Part shown: positions 38,853 to 48,656 of the stretch, piece by piece
Numbering within the stretch: the stretch's first letter is position 1
Layout: each line of letters starts with the position of its first letter
NCBI GenBank assembly: GCA_035583355.1
Contig: DATEZQ010000003.1
Coordinates: 193,844-257,843 of the forward strand
DNA length: 64,000 nt
Origin: Minisyncoccota bacterium
GTDB taxonomy: Bacteria > Patescibacteriota > Minisyncoccia > Phycocordibacterales > UBA6899
Direction of reading: 5' to 3'
Program-made: the position numbers and the translations under genes
Notes under the pieces: model-generated
Told to the model about the DNA's origin: nothing
What the model saw: the letters and a program-made list of their open reading frames with translations, nothing else
Database searches by the model: none

Positions 38853-38872
38853 TCAATCGTAAGTACATCACT

Positions 38873-39094
38873 ATGGCAAACTTCAAGAAGGGAGACACTG
38901 TTGTTGTTCTCGCGGGAGATGACAAGGGTAAGAAGGGAAAGATTGTCCGCATGTTCAAGGCAGATGGCAAGGCACTTGTTGAGGGAATCAACCTCAAGAA
39001 GGACCACATCAAGCCTCGTCAGGAGGGCAAGAAGGGACAGACGGTAGATAAGGCACACCCAGTGAGTCTTTCTAACTTGTCTGTTGTTGCATAA
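38873..39094 (+). CDS. rplX: 50S ribosomal protein L24
   Basis: MANFKKGDTVVVLAGDDKGKKGKIV... KOW motif. Confidence 0.85.
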   Translation: MANFKKGDTVVVLAGDDKGKKGKIVRMFKADGKALVEGINLKKDHIKPRQEGKKGQTVDKAHPVSLSNLSVVA

Positions 39095-39172
39095 GCAACA
39101 TCATTTTAAGGACTAAATCCATTGCGGAATGGTACATGTGATTCATCGCATAATCTCCGCAAAAACACATAT

Positions 39173-39805
39173 ATGGCAAAAGTATTATCTATGAAGGAGA
39201 AGGCAGTAGCTGCTTATCCTCTCATGAAGAAGGAGTTCGGTTACACGAACCCAATGCAGGCACCAAAGCTCGAGAAGGTACTCGTATCTATCGGTACAGG
39301 TAAGAATGGTCGTGGTGACAAAAAGCGCGCTGAATTTATCGTCAGCCGCCTCGCGAGCATCACTGGTCAGAAGGCATCTCCACGCAAGGCAAAGAAGTCG
39401 ATCGCTACATTCAAGCTCCGTGAGGGCGAGATCATCGGTCAGCTCGTCACCATGCGCGGTGCTCGTATGTACGCGTTCCTCGACAAGTATCTCAACATCG
39501 CTATCCCACGTACGAAGGACTTCCGCGGATTTTCCGTCAAGTCAATCGACGCTATGGGTAACGTAACATTCGGCGTCAAGGAGCACACAGTGTTCCCTGA
39601 GTGTGCCGATGAGAACCTTGCAGACGTCTTTGGTATGGCAATCACGATTGTCACCAACTGTAAGACAAAGGCAGAGGCTGAGGCATTCCTCACGAATCTT
39701 GGTTTCCCATTCCGTCCTGAGGCTGAGCTTGCGACACGTCGCGGACTCAAGCGCACAAAGAAGGGTGCAACCAATATCACTCGTAGTGCAAAGAAGAAGA
39801 AATAA
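39173..39805 (+). CDS. rplE: 50S ribosomal protein L5
   Basis: MAKVLSMKEKAVAAYPLMKKEFGYTNPMQAPKLEKVLVSIG... with a basic C-terminal extension. Start at the internal ATG 39173. Confidence 0.92.
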   Translation: MAKVLSMKEKAVAAYPLMKKEFGYTNPMQAPKLEKVLVSIGTGKNGRGDKKRAEFIVSRLASITGQKASPRKAKKSIATFKLREGEIIGQLVTMRGARMYAFLDKYLNIAIPRTKDFRGFSVKSIDAMGNVTFGVKEHTVFPECADENLADVFGMAITIVTNCKTKAEAEAFLTNLGFPFRPEAELATRRGLKRTKKGATNITRSAKKKK

Positions 39806-39815
39806 TCTTTTTCTC

Positions 39816-39842
39816 AAAAAGAACCCGAATGGGTTCTTTTTG
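39816..39842 (+). terminator. rho-independent terminator after rplE
   Basis: aaaaagaaccc-gaat-gggttcttttt. Confidence 0.65.
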
Positions 39843-39871
39843 TTTTACTCTAAATTTGCTCATGTTATACT

Positions 39872-40414
39872 ATGCAAATGAAAGTATCATCTCGCAAAGG
39901 TTTCACGTTGATCGAATTGCTCGTGGTTATCGCAATCATTGCACTCCTCTCAAGTGTGGTGCTTGCTGCACTTTCTTCCGCACGTGCAAAGGCGCGTGAC
40001 GCACGACGCATATCGGATATAAGGCAGATCCAGCGCGCGGTTGATTTGTATGCTGATGATCACGGGGGACTTTTTCCGAATTCAGTGAACTTCGTTACGT
40101 TCAGTGATCCTGCATCTACGACCTCATGGGGCGCTAAGCGTCTTACGAGTTCTGGGCTTGCAACGTGGGATAGCGATTTTCTTCCTTTGCTTGCACCATA
40201 TATGACGAGGCTACCGAGGGACCCAATCAACGTTGCTCCATATTCTTATGACTACATTCCGGAGGGATACGGACAGTGTCCATCCTCTGCTCCGGTCGGC
40301 AGTACAACGCGATACTCCATTATTTTCTCATCTGAGGTCAGTGTGTTCAATCTTCCGTTACTGCAGGCGCCGAATTACTCTGGAGCAGCAGGGCGATATT
40401 GTATTACACCATAA
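39872..40414 (+). CDS. type IV pilin-like protein inserted between rplE and rpsN
   Basis: M(QM)KVSSRKG|FTLIELLVVIAIIALLSSVVLAAL. TATACT -10 element immediately upstream. Confidence 0.75.
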   Translation: MQMKVSSRKGFTLIELLVVIAIIALLSSVVLAALSSARAKARDARRISDIRQIQRAVDLYADDHGGLFPNSVNFVTFSDPASTTSWGAKRLTSSGLATWDSDFLPLLAPYMTRLPRDPINVAPYSYDYIPEGYGQCPSSAPVGSTTRYSIIFSSEVSVFNLPLLQAPNYSGAAGRYCITP

Positions 40415-40415
40415 G

Positions 40416-40439
40416 AAAAACCCGCCGAAGCGGGTTTTG
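40416..40439. terminator. bidirectional terminator
   Basis: aaaaacccgc-cgaa-gcgggttttg between convergent genes. Confidence 0.6.
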
Positions 40440-40440
40440 T

Positions 40441-40989
40441 TTATAAATAGGCAGCGAAGTTGTCCATCTCCGCCTTCGCGATTGCGCAACGACGGTAGGT
40501 GAAGAGGAGTTCGTTTTCGTCCGCATCTCCAGCGTCGAGCGCAGTCTGCTCCGCATTTTCGATTGCATGCGCGAACGCCTTGTTCTGGTCGGGCATGTGC
40601 GCTTTCGCTATGTTAATCGCACGGGGTAATCCACTTGCAATGAGTTCATTGCACGCGAGTACGAATCGCTCATTCCCGAGATGCGAAAGCAAGAGTGGCG
40701 AAGCAATGTGTTCGACTTCGGCACAGAACTGTTGCATCGCAGGAAGTTTCGAAAGCAGTGCAGAGAGGGGAAGTGTGCCTTCCTCGAAAGACTTACGTGC
40801 TTGGGTAATCATTGCATACATGACCGTCACGCTCCCGACCGGAAGGAGGGGATTTTGTGTGAATTCACGGCACGCTTCTTCGCATTTCACGAGGTCGTTC
40901 AAAAATGACTTGATGATGTGCCGCTTTATCGACACGATGAGTAGCCACGCCAGGACGAAGCAGACAAGAAGGGCGAGCTTGAGGAACAT
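40441..40989 (-). CDS. membrane-anchored hypothetical protein
   Basis: N-terminal TM MFLKLALLVCFVLAWLLIVSI, then a helical domain. Confidence 0.45.
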   Translation of the reverse strand: MFLKLALLVCFVLAWLLIVSIKRHIIKSFLNDLVKCEEACREFTQNPLLPVGSVTVMYAMITQARKSFEEGTLPLSALLSKLPAMQQFCAEVEHIASPLLLSHLGNERFVLACNELIASGLPRAINIAKAHMPDQNKAFAHAIENAEQTALDAGDADENELLFTYRRCAIAKAEMDNFAAYL

Positions 40990-41444
40990 GGGGCCTCCAG
41001 GGAACTCTATCTATCCTCATACTACTCCTTGTCACTGTTGTGTCAAAATGGCTAGTGGGAAGGATATTTGCACATTTATCGAGAAACGGAGAAATCTATC
41101 TATTTGGCAAGAATTTTAGCCATAAATATCTTGACTTTTCGTCATATTTCCTGTAGATTAATCGAACGGAGAAGTCATCCGCCACTCTCCTTTTGTGCCC
41201 TCTTTGGACGCAAAAGAAGTGTTGCGCGATATGCTCCCCGTATTATTCAAAGCCACTTAGTAAGTGTGCTTATTGCTGTATGCAATCTGCATTTTTATTT
41301 AAGTAGTAATTTTACAAAGCGAGGATTTTTCGCTGCGGTTGTCGCGCTGGACCACGTGAGACGAGAGAGGTGTATACGATATACATTGACCGAGTCTCGC
41401 GCGGGAAGCGCGGTAACCCCAGCAAAAAAGTCCGCTTTCAAAGT

Positions 41445-41630
41445 ATGGCAAAAAAATCAGTCATCGCGCGTAGCAAGAAGACTCCAAAGTTTTCTACACG
41501 TGCAGTGAACCGCTGTTTCAAATGCGGTCGCAAGCATGGTTTCATTCGCGACTTCGGTCTCTGTCGCATCTGTTTCCGTGAATTAGCAAACGAGGGAAAG
41601 ATCCCAGGAGTAACTAAGTCATCATGGTAG
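41445..41630 (+). CDS. rpsN: 30S ribosomal protein S14 (Z-type, zinc-binding)
   Basis: [61 protein letters not shown], 61 aa, CxxC...CxxC. Confidence 0.88.
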   Translation: MAKKSVIARSKKTPKFSTRAVNRCFKCGRKHGFIRDFGLCRICFRELANEGKIPGVTKSSW

Positions 41631-42031
41631 TCACCGATCCTATCGCAGATATGTTGGTGCGTATCAAGAATGCAGGTACAGCAGGCAAGCACATTGTTGA
41701 TGTCCCACATTCTGATATCAAGCTCCGCATTGCAAATGTCCTCATCAAGGAGGGATTCGTTGAATACGCAACGAAGAAGATCAAGAAGATTGGTAACCGC
41801 CAGGTACGTGTGATCGAAATCGGTCTCAAGAGTCAGGCAGGTGCACCATTCATCCGCGGTATCGAGCGTGTTTCACGTTCATCCGTCCGTGTGTATATGG
41901 GAGCCGCAGATTTGCGCCCCGTAAAGAACGGTTATGGCATCATGGTCGTCTCGACGCCAAAGGGAATTATGAGCGACTCACAGGCACGCAAGGAGCATGT
42001 CGGTGGCGAAGTCATCTGTAAGGTCTGGTAA
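41624..42031 (+). CDS. rpsH: 30S ribosomal protein S8
   Basis: [17 protein letters not shown]... overlaps the rpsN stop by 7 nt. Confidence 0.93.
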   Translation: MVVTDPIADMLVRIKNAGTAGKHIVDVPHSDIKLRIANVLIKEGFVEYATKKIKKIGNRQVRVIEIGLKSQAGAPFIRGIERVSRSSVRVYMGAADLRPVKNGYGIMVVSTPKGIMSDSQARKEHVGGEVICKVW

Positions 42032-42032
42032 T

Positions 42033-42566
42033 ATGTCACGTCTCGCAAAAAAGCCGTTGATCCTCCCAAAGGGAGTTGAGGCAAAGCTCGATGGTACAAA
42101 GCTTACCATCAAGGGTCCTAAGGGTGAGCTCTCACGTTCATTCCCTGCATTCGTTAAGTTCACCATCGCAGACAATGCGATCACTGTAGCTATCGAAACA
42201 GAGGAGCGTAAGGAGAAGCCAATGCTTGGAACCGCAGCAGCACTTGCTCGCAACATGGTCGTCGGTGTAACCGAGGGCTTCAAGAAGCAATTGCTTATCG
42301 AAGGTGTCGGCTTCAAGGCTGATGCAAAGGGTGACGAGCTTCACATGGCGCTTGGATTCTCACATCCCGTCATCGTTCCTGTATCAAAGGGTCTCAAGGT
42401 AACCACAGGTAAGGGTACTATCGACATCGAGGGTATCGACAAGGAACTTGTCGGTGCATTCGCCGCAGATGTACGCGCACTCAAGAAGCCAGAGCCTTTC
42501 AAGGGTAAGGGTATTCGTTACGCTGGTGAAGTTATCCGCCGTAAGCAGGGTAAGAAGAGTGCATAA
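42033..42566 (+). CDS. rplF: 50S ribosomal protein L6
   Basis: MSRLAKKPLILPKGVEAKLDGTKLTIKGPKGEL... start at the ATG after the rpsH stop. Confidence 0.93.
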   Translation: MSRLAKKPLILPKGVEAKLDGTKLTIKGPKGELSRSFPAFVKFTIADNAITVAIETEERKEKPMLGTAAALARNMVVGVTEGFKKQLLIEGVGFKADAKGDELHMALGFSHPVIVPVSKGLKVTTGKGTIDIEGIDKELVGAFAADVRALKKPEPFKGKGIRYAGEVIRRKQGKKSA

Positions 42567-42591
42567 TGCATTCGTCTCCTAACATAAACTT

Positions 42592-42945
42592 ATGATGAAT
42601 AAAACACAGCAGAAGCAGTATAACCGTATGCGCCGTGGTAATCGTATCCGCGCAAAGGTATCAGGTACTGCAGACAAGCCACGCCTCGCCGTATTCCGTT
42701 CAGCGGTACACGTACAGGCACAGCTCATTGACGATGTGAAGGGCATCACTCTTGTAGCCGCTCATGACCTCAAGGACATGAAGGGTACCAAGATGGAGCG
42801 CGCTCAAGCAGTTGGTAAGCAGCTTGCAATTGCCGCAAAGGCAAAGGGAATCACAACAGTAGTCTTTGACCGTGGAGGTTTCCTCTACGCAGGTCGCGTC
42901 AAGGCACTCGCAGATGCAGCCCGCGATGGTGGTCTCGCATTCTAA
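42592..42945 (+). CDS. rplR: 50S ribosomal protein L18
   Basis: …[20 protein letters not shown]…[25 protein letters not shown]. Confidence 0.9.
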   Translation: MMNKTQQKQYNRMRRGNRIRAKVSGTADKPRLAVFRSAVHVQAQLIDDVKGITLVAAHDLKDMKGTKMERAQAVGKQLAIAAKAKGITTVVFDRGGFLYAGRVKALADAARDGGLAF

Positions 42946-42959
42946 ACAGCAATACTTAT

Positions 42960-43652
42960 ATGGAAGCAAACAACAAGCCAGCAGCAGCGCCAGCATCAGC
43001 AGGTGCTCGCCCCGCAGCACGCCCATTTAGCCCACGAGGAGCAGCCGGTGCACGTCCAAGTTTTGGAGGAGCACGTGGAGGAGCTCGCGGAGGAGCAGGC
43101 GCACGTGGTGGCCGTGATGGACAGCGTGGTGGCCGTGATGGTCAGCGCGGTGGACGCATGGAGCGCCCAAAGCCAGAGTTCGACCAGAAGTCAATCGATG
43201 TTCGTCGTGTGGCCCGTGTGGTCACCGGAGGACGCCGCTTCTCATTCGCTGTAGCTATGATCATCGGTGACCGCAAGGGTCGCGTTGGTGTAGGTACAGG
43301 TAAGGCAGGTGATATCTCACTTGCTATGGAGAAGGCAGTGAAGGATGCAAAGAAGCACATGATCACTGTACGTACAACAAAGACGCATTCAATTGCGCAT
43401 GATGTTCGTGCAAAGAGTTCATCTGCAATCATCGAAATGCGTCCCGCACCAGAGCGCGGTCTCGTCGCAGGTTCAGCAGTACGTAACGTACTCGAGCTCG
43501 CTGGCGTTACTGACGTGACGGCAAAGATTTTGTCAGGTAGCAAGAACAAGCTCAATATTGCTCGCGCAACTATTGTCGCTCTCTCTGATCTCCGTGCCCC
43601 AAAGAAGGCAGCGGTAAAGTCTGAGGAAGTTCTCGCAGAAGCTAAAGCGTAA
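42960..43652 (+). CDS. rpsE: 30S ribosomal protein S5 with Ala/Arg/Gly-rich N-terminal extension
   Basis: S5 core …VRRVARVVTGGRRFSFAVAMIIGDRKGRVGVGTGKA… preceded by a ~65 aa RGG/GGRDGQRGG-repeat extension. Confidence 0.92.
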   Translation: MEANNKPAAAPASAGARPAARPFSPRGAAGARPSFGGARGGARGGAGARGGRDGQRGGRDGQRGGRMERPKPEFDQKSIDVRRVARVVTGGRRFSFAVAMIIGDRKGRVGVGTGKAGDISLAMEKAVKDAKKHMITVRTTKTHSIAHDVRAKSSSAIIEMRPAPERGLVAGSAVRNVLELAGVTDVTAKILSGSKNKLNIARATIVALSDLRAPKKAAVKSEEVLAEAKA

Positions 43653-43657
43653 ATCAT

Positions 43658-44101
43658 ATGCAGTTAAACGAACTCAAGCGCACCAACGCCAACATGGGCT
43701 CTAGCCGTGTTGGTCGTGGTGGTAAGCGCGGTAAGACCGCAGGTCGCGGTACGAAGGGTCAGAAGGCGCGTGCTGGTCACCGCATTCGCCCAAACATGCG
43801 CGATATCATCAAGAAGTATCCAAAGCTTCGTGGTTACAAGTTCTCTTCAACAGAGACAAAGCCAGAAGTGATCAATCTTGCTACTATCGAATTGCATTTC
43901 GAGAACGGTGCTACGGTTTCTCCAGCAACGCTCGTCGAAAAGAAGCTCATCCGTACGTTCGCAGGTCGCACACCAGCAATCAAGATTCTTGCTACTGGTG
44001 CGCTCACAAAGAAGCTTAACGTAACAGGCTGTATCCTTTCAAAGACTGCTATTGCAGCATTTGAGAAGGCAGGCGGCACGGTTACTGTTCTCGCTGCTTA
44101 A
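43658..44101 (+). CDS. rplO: 50S ribosomal protein L15
   Basis: MQLNELKRTNANMGSSRVGRGGKRGKTAGRGTKGQKAR... follows rpsE directly, with no rpmD (L30) gene in between. Confidence 0.9.
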   Translation: MQLNELKRTNANMGSSRVGRGGKRGKTAGRGTKGQKARAGHRIRPNMRDIIKKYPKLRGYKFSSTETKPEVINLATIELHFENGATVSPATLVEKKLIRTFAGRTPAIKILATGALTKKLNVTGCILSKTAIAAFEKAGGTVTVLAA

Positions 44102-44123
44102 TTAACCTTGTTAACTTACGCGT

Positions 44124-45395
44124 ATGACCAACTTCTTCAATAAGGTCCACGCGATCTTCGCGGACCCAGTGCTTCGTCGTCGAATGCTCTTCACGATCGG
44201 TGCATTGGTACTCTTCCGCCTCGCAGCATCAGTGCCTATTCCAGGTGTTGACGCTGCCCGCCTCGCGCGCGTCCTCGAGCAGAACCAATTCCTTGGTTTG
44301 CTCAATGTGTTCTCTGGTTCCGGTTTGGGCAATCTCTCTATCGTGATGCTCGGCGTCGGTCCAAGTATCACTGCATCGATCATCATGCAGCTCCTCACTA
44401 TGCTCTTCCCTAAGTTGAAGGCAATGTATCACGAGGAGGGCGAGATTGGTCGTAAGAAGTTCTATCAGGTGAGTCGTTTGATCACCGTACCACTTGCACT
44501 CATTCAAGGTTTTGGACTCCTCGTCCTTCTCCAGAATCAGGGCGTCTTGGGCGCATCAACACCATTCACCTTGTTCATGAACGTGCTCATTGTGACGGCA
44601 GGATCACTCCTCCTCATGTGGCTCGGCGAACTCATTACGGAATTCGGTATTGGTAATGGCTCATCGCTCATTATCTTTGCCGGTATCGTGGAGCGTATCC
44701 CAAGTATCATTGCACAGGTTGCGGCGAACTATACCGCAGCAGACATTCCGATGTACCTCGGCTTCGCTGTGGTTGCATTCGGTGTGCTCGCATCAATTAT
44801 CTTGATGTCTGAGGCAGAACGTCCTGTTCCGATTACGTATGCAAAGTCTGTTGCCGGCGGCCGCCAGGTTGGTGGTGTCGCAACGTACTTGCCACTGCGT
44901 GTGAATCAGGCAGGTGTCATCCCGATTATCTTTGCTTTGTCGATGTTCCTCTTCCCACAGCTCATTGGGGGTTTCCTCAAGGGCATGGCAAGTCCAATGG
45001 CGCAGAGCGTTGGTAATTTCTTGGTGACGTACATCTCAGGCGGTTGGGTTCATGCAATTCTCTACTTCTTGCTTGTGCTCTTCTTCACGTATTTCTACAC
45101 CGCGGTCACTTTTGATCCCGATGCAATCGCGAAGAATCTCCAGCAGAGTGGTGCATTCATTCCCGGCATTCGTCCTGGAGTTTCGACTTCAGAATATCTC
45201 GCAAAGGTAGTTGCGCGTACGACGCTCCCTGGAGCAGTCTTCCTTGCAGTCATCGCCGTGTTGCCATTCGTGATGCAAAGCCTCACGGGTAACCAGGCAC
45301 TTGCTATTGGAGGTACAGCAATCTTGATCGTTGTGTCTGTGGTCACCGATTTGGTGAAGCAGCTTAATGCTCAGCTCTCAATGAGAGAATACTAA
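44124..45395 (+). CDS. secY: preprotein translocase subunit SecY
   Basis: 423 aa polytopic membrane protein in the conserved position after rplO. …PIPGVD…LGVGPSITASIIMQLL…. Confidence 0.95.
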   Translation: MTNFFNKVHAIFADPVLRRRMLFTIGALVLFRLAASVPIPGVDAARLARVLEQNQFLGLLNVFSGSGLGNLSIVMLGVGPSITASIIMQLLTMLFPKLKAMYHEEGEIGRKKFYQVSRLITVPLALIQGFGLLVLLQNQGVLGASTPFTLFMNVLIVTAGSLLLMWLGELITEFGIGNGSSLIIFAGIVERIPSIIAQVAANYTAADIPMYLGFAVVAFGVLASIILMSEAERPVPITYAKSVAGGRQVGGVATYLPLRVNQAGVIPIIFALSMFLFPQLIGGFLKGMASPMAQSVGNFLVTYISGGWVHAILYFLLVLFFTYFYTAVTFDPDAIAKNLQQSGAFIPGIRPGVSTSEYLAKVVARTTLPGAVFLAVIAVLPFVMQSLTGNQALAIGGTAILIVVSVVTDLVKQLNAQLSMREY

Positions 45396-45423
45396 AAACA
45401 AACCCCGCAAGGGGTTTGTTTTT
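45395..45423 (+). terminator. rho-independent terminator after secY
   Basis: aaaaacaaacccc-gcaa-ggggtttgttttt. Confidence 0.65.
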
Positions 45424-45461
45424 AGTATTCCTTCCGTGTACCAAATATCCGCACTGGTCTT

Positions 45462-45545
45462 TTTGTCTGGGGCGACCTCACGCTTCGCCCTCCATGTACC
45501 ACTGTACATTATCGGGCTCCAGCGAGGCCGCCGCAGACAAAAATA
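45462..45545 (+). repeat. intergenic repeat family copy B (short form, downstream of secY)
   Basis: ctttttgtctggggcgacctcacgcttcgccc...gtaccactgtac...gggctccagcgaggccgccgcagacaaaaat. Its termini match the long copy at 19043-19265. Confidence 0.65.
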
Positions 45546-45663
45546 CTCAGTGTTTCATGGTTGTTTATGTGTGAATAGTATTTCTACATAGTTCATTTGT
45601 TTCAGCAACAATCCCTCATTAGAATCTTAAGCATAGAAAAACCACCCCAAGGGGTGGTTTGTG

Positions 45664-46290
45664 CTATGCGTAGCGTGCAGAGAGCGATTCGCACATTTTG
45701 CGTGCTCTGCATTCGAGATCTTTCAGCGTCTTGACGTTGTCCTCGAGCTCGTCAAATGTTTCGCCGCTGGAGAGGTCATTGAAAAGTTTTCGAGATGCAG
45801 GAATAAGTGCAAGCGCGCTGAGAATATTTGGATCTTCCGCGCGAATTTCAGTGAAACGAGTCTGGACTATTTCATTAATGCAATGGTTGTAATGTTTAAT
45901 GCGCACGATGTGTGCATGCATCATCTCGCGAAGGTTTTGTTCCCTTTGCGAGCTCGTATGCTCTGCGAGCACGTGCTTCCATGCAAAGATTGCATTGATG
46001 AGTCTATTCCACTCCTCCAGGATCTCATGGAGTTTTTTGTTCGACATATAAAATCGAACAGCAGAAATCTCTTCCCGTATCGCGTGGAATTTTTCAACGA
46101 AAGCCATGTACTGCGACTCCACAGCATCTGCGGTGGCATTGAGTGGAATCTGCCTAAGGAATTTCACTTTCGGATAGCACTCTTTGTCGTAGAATATGAC
46201 GACGCTGCTGAACTCCTTTTGTGCCTCATCGCCTTTTTCTGCAATTGCTTTCTTGAGTTCTTCGCGCGACATATTCGCTTTCATGTACAC
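45664..46290 (-). CDS. hypothetical helical protein (tandem paralogue P1)
   Basis: About 208 aa. A bidirectional terminator aaaaccacccc-aa-ggggtggttt lies at its 3' end. Confidence 0.45.
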   Translation of the reverse strand: MYMKANMSREELKKAIAEKGDEAQKEFSSVVIFYDKECYPKVKFLRQIPLNATADAVESQYMAFVEKFHAIREEISAVRFYMSNKKLHEILEEWNRLINAIFAWKHVLAEHTSSQREQNLREMMHAHIVRIKHYNHCINEIVQTRFTEIRAEDPNILSALALIPASRKLFNDLSSGETFDELEDNVKTLKDLECRARKMCESLSARYA

Positions 46291-46428
46291 CCCTTTTTCG
46301 TCTCTCTCGCCATACTGCCATAATCGTCATATATTGCAATGGGGCCAGATTATAGAGTCAGTGCTATAGTAACAAACATAGCGTAAGTAAAAGAAAAACC
46401 GCCACTATTGTGGCGGCGATTTTGTAAG

Positions 46429-47073
46429 TCAATGCAGATCCTCAAGTGTTCTTTTGAGTTCGTGCATGCGACCCCCGAGCTTTGTGAGTGTATGGAGGTG
46501 CTCATTGAGTCCCGCAAAAGTATGGATCCGAGGTGAGCTCACGAGATCCGACCAGTCCTTGATGATCATTGCGAAGTCGAGGATGGGCGCGGTGTCGTGG
46601 ACGGTGAGCATGCCAAGTTTCTGGAGCATGAGGACGGTGATGTCAGCCTTGAGGTGGTCGACATTGCGCACCTTGTCTCCGATTTCACGACGCAGTGCTG
46701 TCTCTTGTGCGCACATTGCTTCCCAGTCGATTTCGAACACCTTGGTACTAAGCTCTTCGCAGTACTTGTGCACATCTGTGATTACCGCGCGTAGCATGCG
46801 TTTGTTTGCAGTCATAGCGTTAGCAGACCAAGGACCCGAAAGGATTTGGTGTTGCCGTTCAAGCGAGGACTTGAAATCGCGTAGCAAGTTCGCAGTCGCG
46901 GTATGTCCCTCAGCTTTGGCTTCGGCAGCTGCCGGCCTGTGCGCAGCAGCTTTTGTGATTGCTTCTTTGAGTATGTCATTTGCCCGAGTAAGAAGATCCT
47001 CGAGTTGTGTTTCGAGATACCACTTTGGTCGGTAAGTGAACCATGTAAAGAGTGTAGAAAGCTTGTGCAGCAT
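46429..47073 (-). CDS. hypothetical helical protein (tandem paralogue P2)
   Basis: Start at the internal ATG 47073. C-terminal RIHTFAGLNEHLHTL and the N-terminus resemble the gene at 47224-47850. Confidence 0.45.
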   Translation of the reverse strand: MLHKLSTLFTWFTYRPKWYLETQLEDLLTRANDILKEAITKAAAHRPAAAEAKAEGHTATANLLRDFKSSLERQHQILSGPWSANAMTANKRMLRAVITDVHKYCEELSTKVFEIDWEAMCAQETALRREIGDKVRNVDHLKADITVLMLQKLGMLTVHDTAPILDFAMIIKDWSDLVSSPRIHTFAGLNEHLHTLTKLGGRMHELKRTLEDLH

Positions 47074-47223
47074 AAGCACCTCACAGGGGGTTGTTGAAAA
47101 GAGCGTTAGTTCAAGCCGGATTTTAACACATATCATGGTAAATAGCAAGTTACTACACACATAGCTTCCGAATATTACGAGTGAAAAAGCCCGCTGAAGC
47201 GGGCCTTTGAAGTACGGGTTGTG

Positions 47224-47850
47224 CTATTTGGCTAATCCGTCAGTGTAATTCGTGACGAGATGGATACATTCGGTGATGAGCACCTTTGCATTTTCGATTG
47301 ACTCGGAGAGCTTCTCGAGCTCTGCAAAGGTGTGCAGTCGACCACAGTGTTCGATGCCATTGTAGATCTCGAATGCTATGGCGATCTTCTTGAGAATGAA
47401 GGGCTCCTTGCGCAGGATCATTTGCAGTCCGAAGTCGAGATGCTTGGCAAGTTCATTGCGCAGGCAAAGAGTCTCGCTGTAGCGTTCGCCGATGAGGCGG
47501 CGCAGAGCGATCTCGGGTTCAGGGTCGGCCTCATAGGGTTCCTTGAGTTCCTGGAGTCCATTGAGCGTCTTGATGAGGCCCTTGATATGCTTGATGGACT
47601 TATGGAGAATCGTGCGGCTTTTCGCATCGAGTAGTTCGATGAGGTCGCTACGGTAGACTTCCCAGTCCTTAAACATCGTGTCGATGGGCTTGGTCATCTG
47701 GCTGGCCGTTGCGGAGTGACCCGCATCAAAAAGCTTGTCTGCCGCGGCGTAGTAGGGAATAAGGCTTACTTTGGTCTTCGCCATGGCAAGATTCGCCTCG
47801 CCAACAAGATCCTCGATCTCGTTACGGAGTGTGCAGCTCAGTTTGTACAT
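47224..47850 (-). CDS. hypothetical helical protein (tandem paralogue P3)
   Basis: MYKLSCTL...AAADKLFDAGH...RLHTFAELEKL aligns with P2 (MLHKLSTL...AAAEAKAEGH...RIHTFAGLNEHL). Confidence 0.45.
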   Translation of the reverse strand: MYKLSCTLRNEIEDLVGEANLAMAKTKVSLIPYYAAADKLFDAGHSATASQMTKPIDTMFKDWEVYRSDLIELLDAKSRTILHKSIKHIKGLIKTLNGLQELKEPYEADPEPEIALRRLIGERYSETLCLRNELAKHLDFGLQMILRKEPFILKKIAIAFEIYNGIEHCGRLHTFAELEKLSESIENAKVLITECIHLVTNYTDGLAK

Positions 47851-47946
47851 GTAACCTCCTTAGGTAACCGTACATATATTAACATAGTATATTATGTTTG
47901 TCAATGTTAAAGGATTATAAAAATAGCCATAAATATGGCTATTTCT

Positions 47947-48567
47947 TTAATCATTTGTTGTCTTGAAGACCATTGCGATTATAGCATTATGGACCTCCTC
48001 GATACTCTGCTCTCCATTAATCTCTATGAAATCGTAGTCACGGTCGCGGCGGTAATGTTCAACAACAGGGAGGACATCACTTTCGTACCACGCAAGGCGT
48101 TTCTCAATAGCCTCTTTCGTATCATCGGCACGGCCCTCTTCCTTTGCGCGGCCGAGCATGCGGGCGAGTGCCCAATCATGAGAAACGTTCATATAGATGA
48201 CAACAGGCTGCTCACGCTTGAAGAACTTCAGTGCAATGTCGAGATTCTGTTGTTCATTCATTGAGCGTGGTGAGCCGTCGATAATGAGATGCTCATGTCC
48301 ATGGAGATTTGCAATAAAGGTATTGGACCAGATCCACATTGCGAGGAAGTCGGGCTGTCGTTCGCCATTATTCAGCGCATCACGAGAGATATTTGCAGCG
48401 TACGTATTTCCTTTTACGAATTCTCGGAAGTAGTTTCCTGATTGATGATAGAAAATTTCACAACCTGGGTCTTGTTCTCTTAGGTAGTTCTGTAGCAGTT
48501 TGACTTGAGTACCTTTACCACAGCCTGATGGCCCGATAAAGATGAATGTTCGTTGCGGTGTATTCAT
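47947..48567 (-). CDS. adk: adenylate kinase (short form)
   Basis: MNTPQRTFIFIGPSGCGKGTQVKLL P-loop. About 206 aa. Start at the internal M. Inverted relative to secY. Confidence 0.75.
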   Translation of the reverse strand: MNTPQRTFIFIGPSGCGKGTQVKLLQNYLREQDPGCEIFYHQSGNYFREFVKGNTYAANISRDALNNGERQPDFLAMWIWSNTFIANLHGHEHLIIDGSPRSMNEQQNLDIALKFFKREQPVVIYMNVSHDWALARMLGRAKEEGRADDTKEAIEKRLAWYESDVLPVVEHYRRDRDYDFIEINGEQSIEEVHNAIIAMVFKTTND

Positions 48568-48656
48568 AGGAATATCATAGCATAAATACAAAAAGAAAAT
48601 GCAGGATGGACATATGTTTATGAAAAATAACAGCCAACTTGTGTAATTGGCTGCTA

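Noticed and set aside
5466-45545. Classifying the intergenic repeats as MITEs or IS remnants
   Set aside because: No terminal inverted repeats, target-site duplications or transposase fragments could be identified by eye. Left as an unclassified repeat family.
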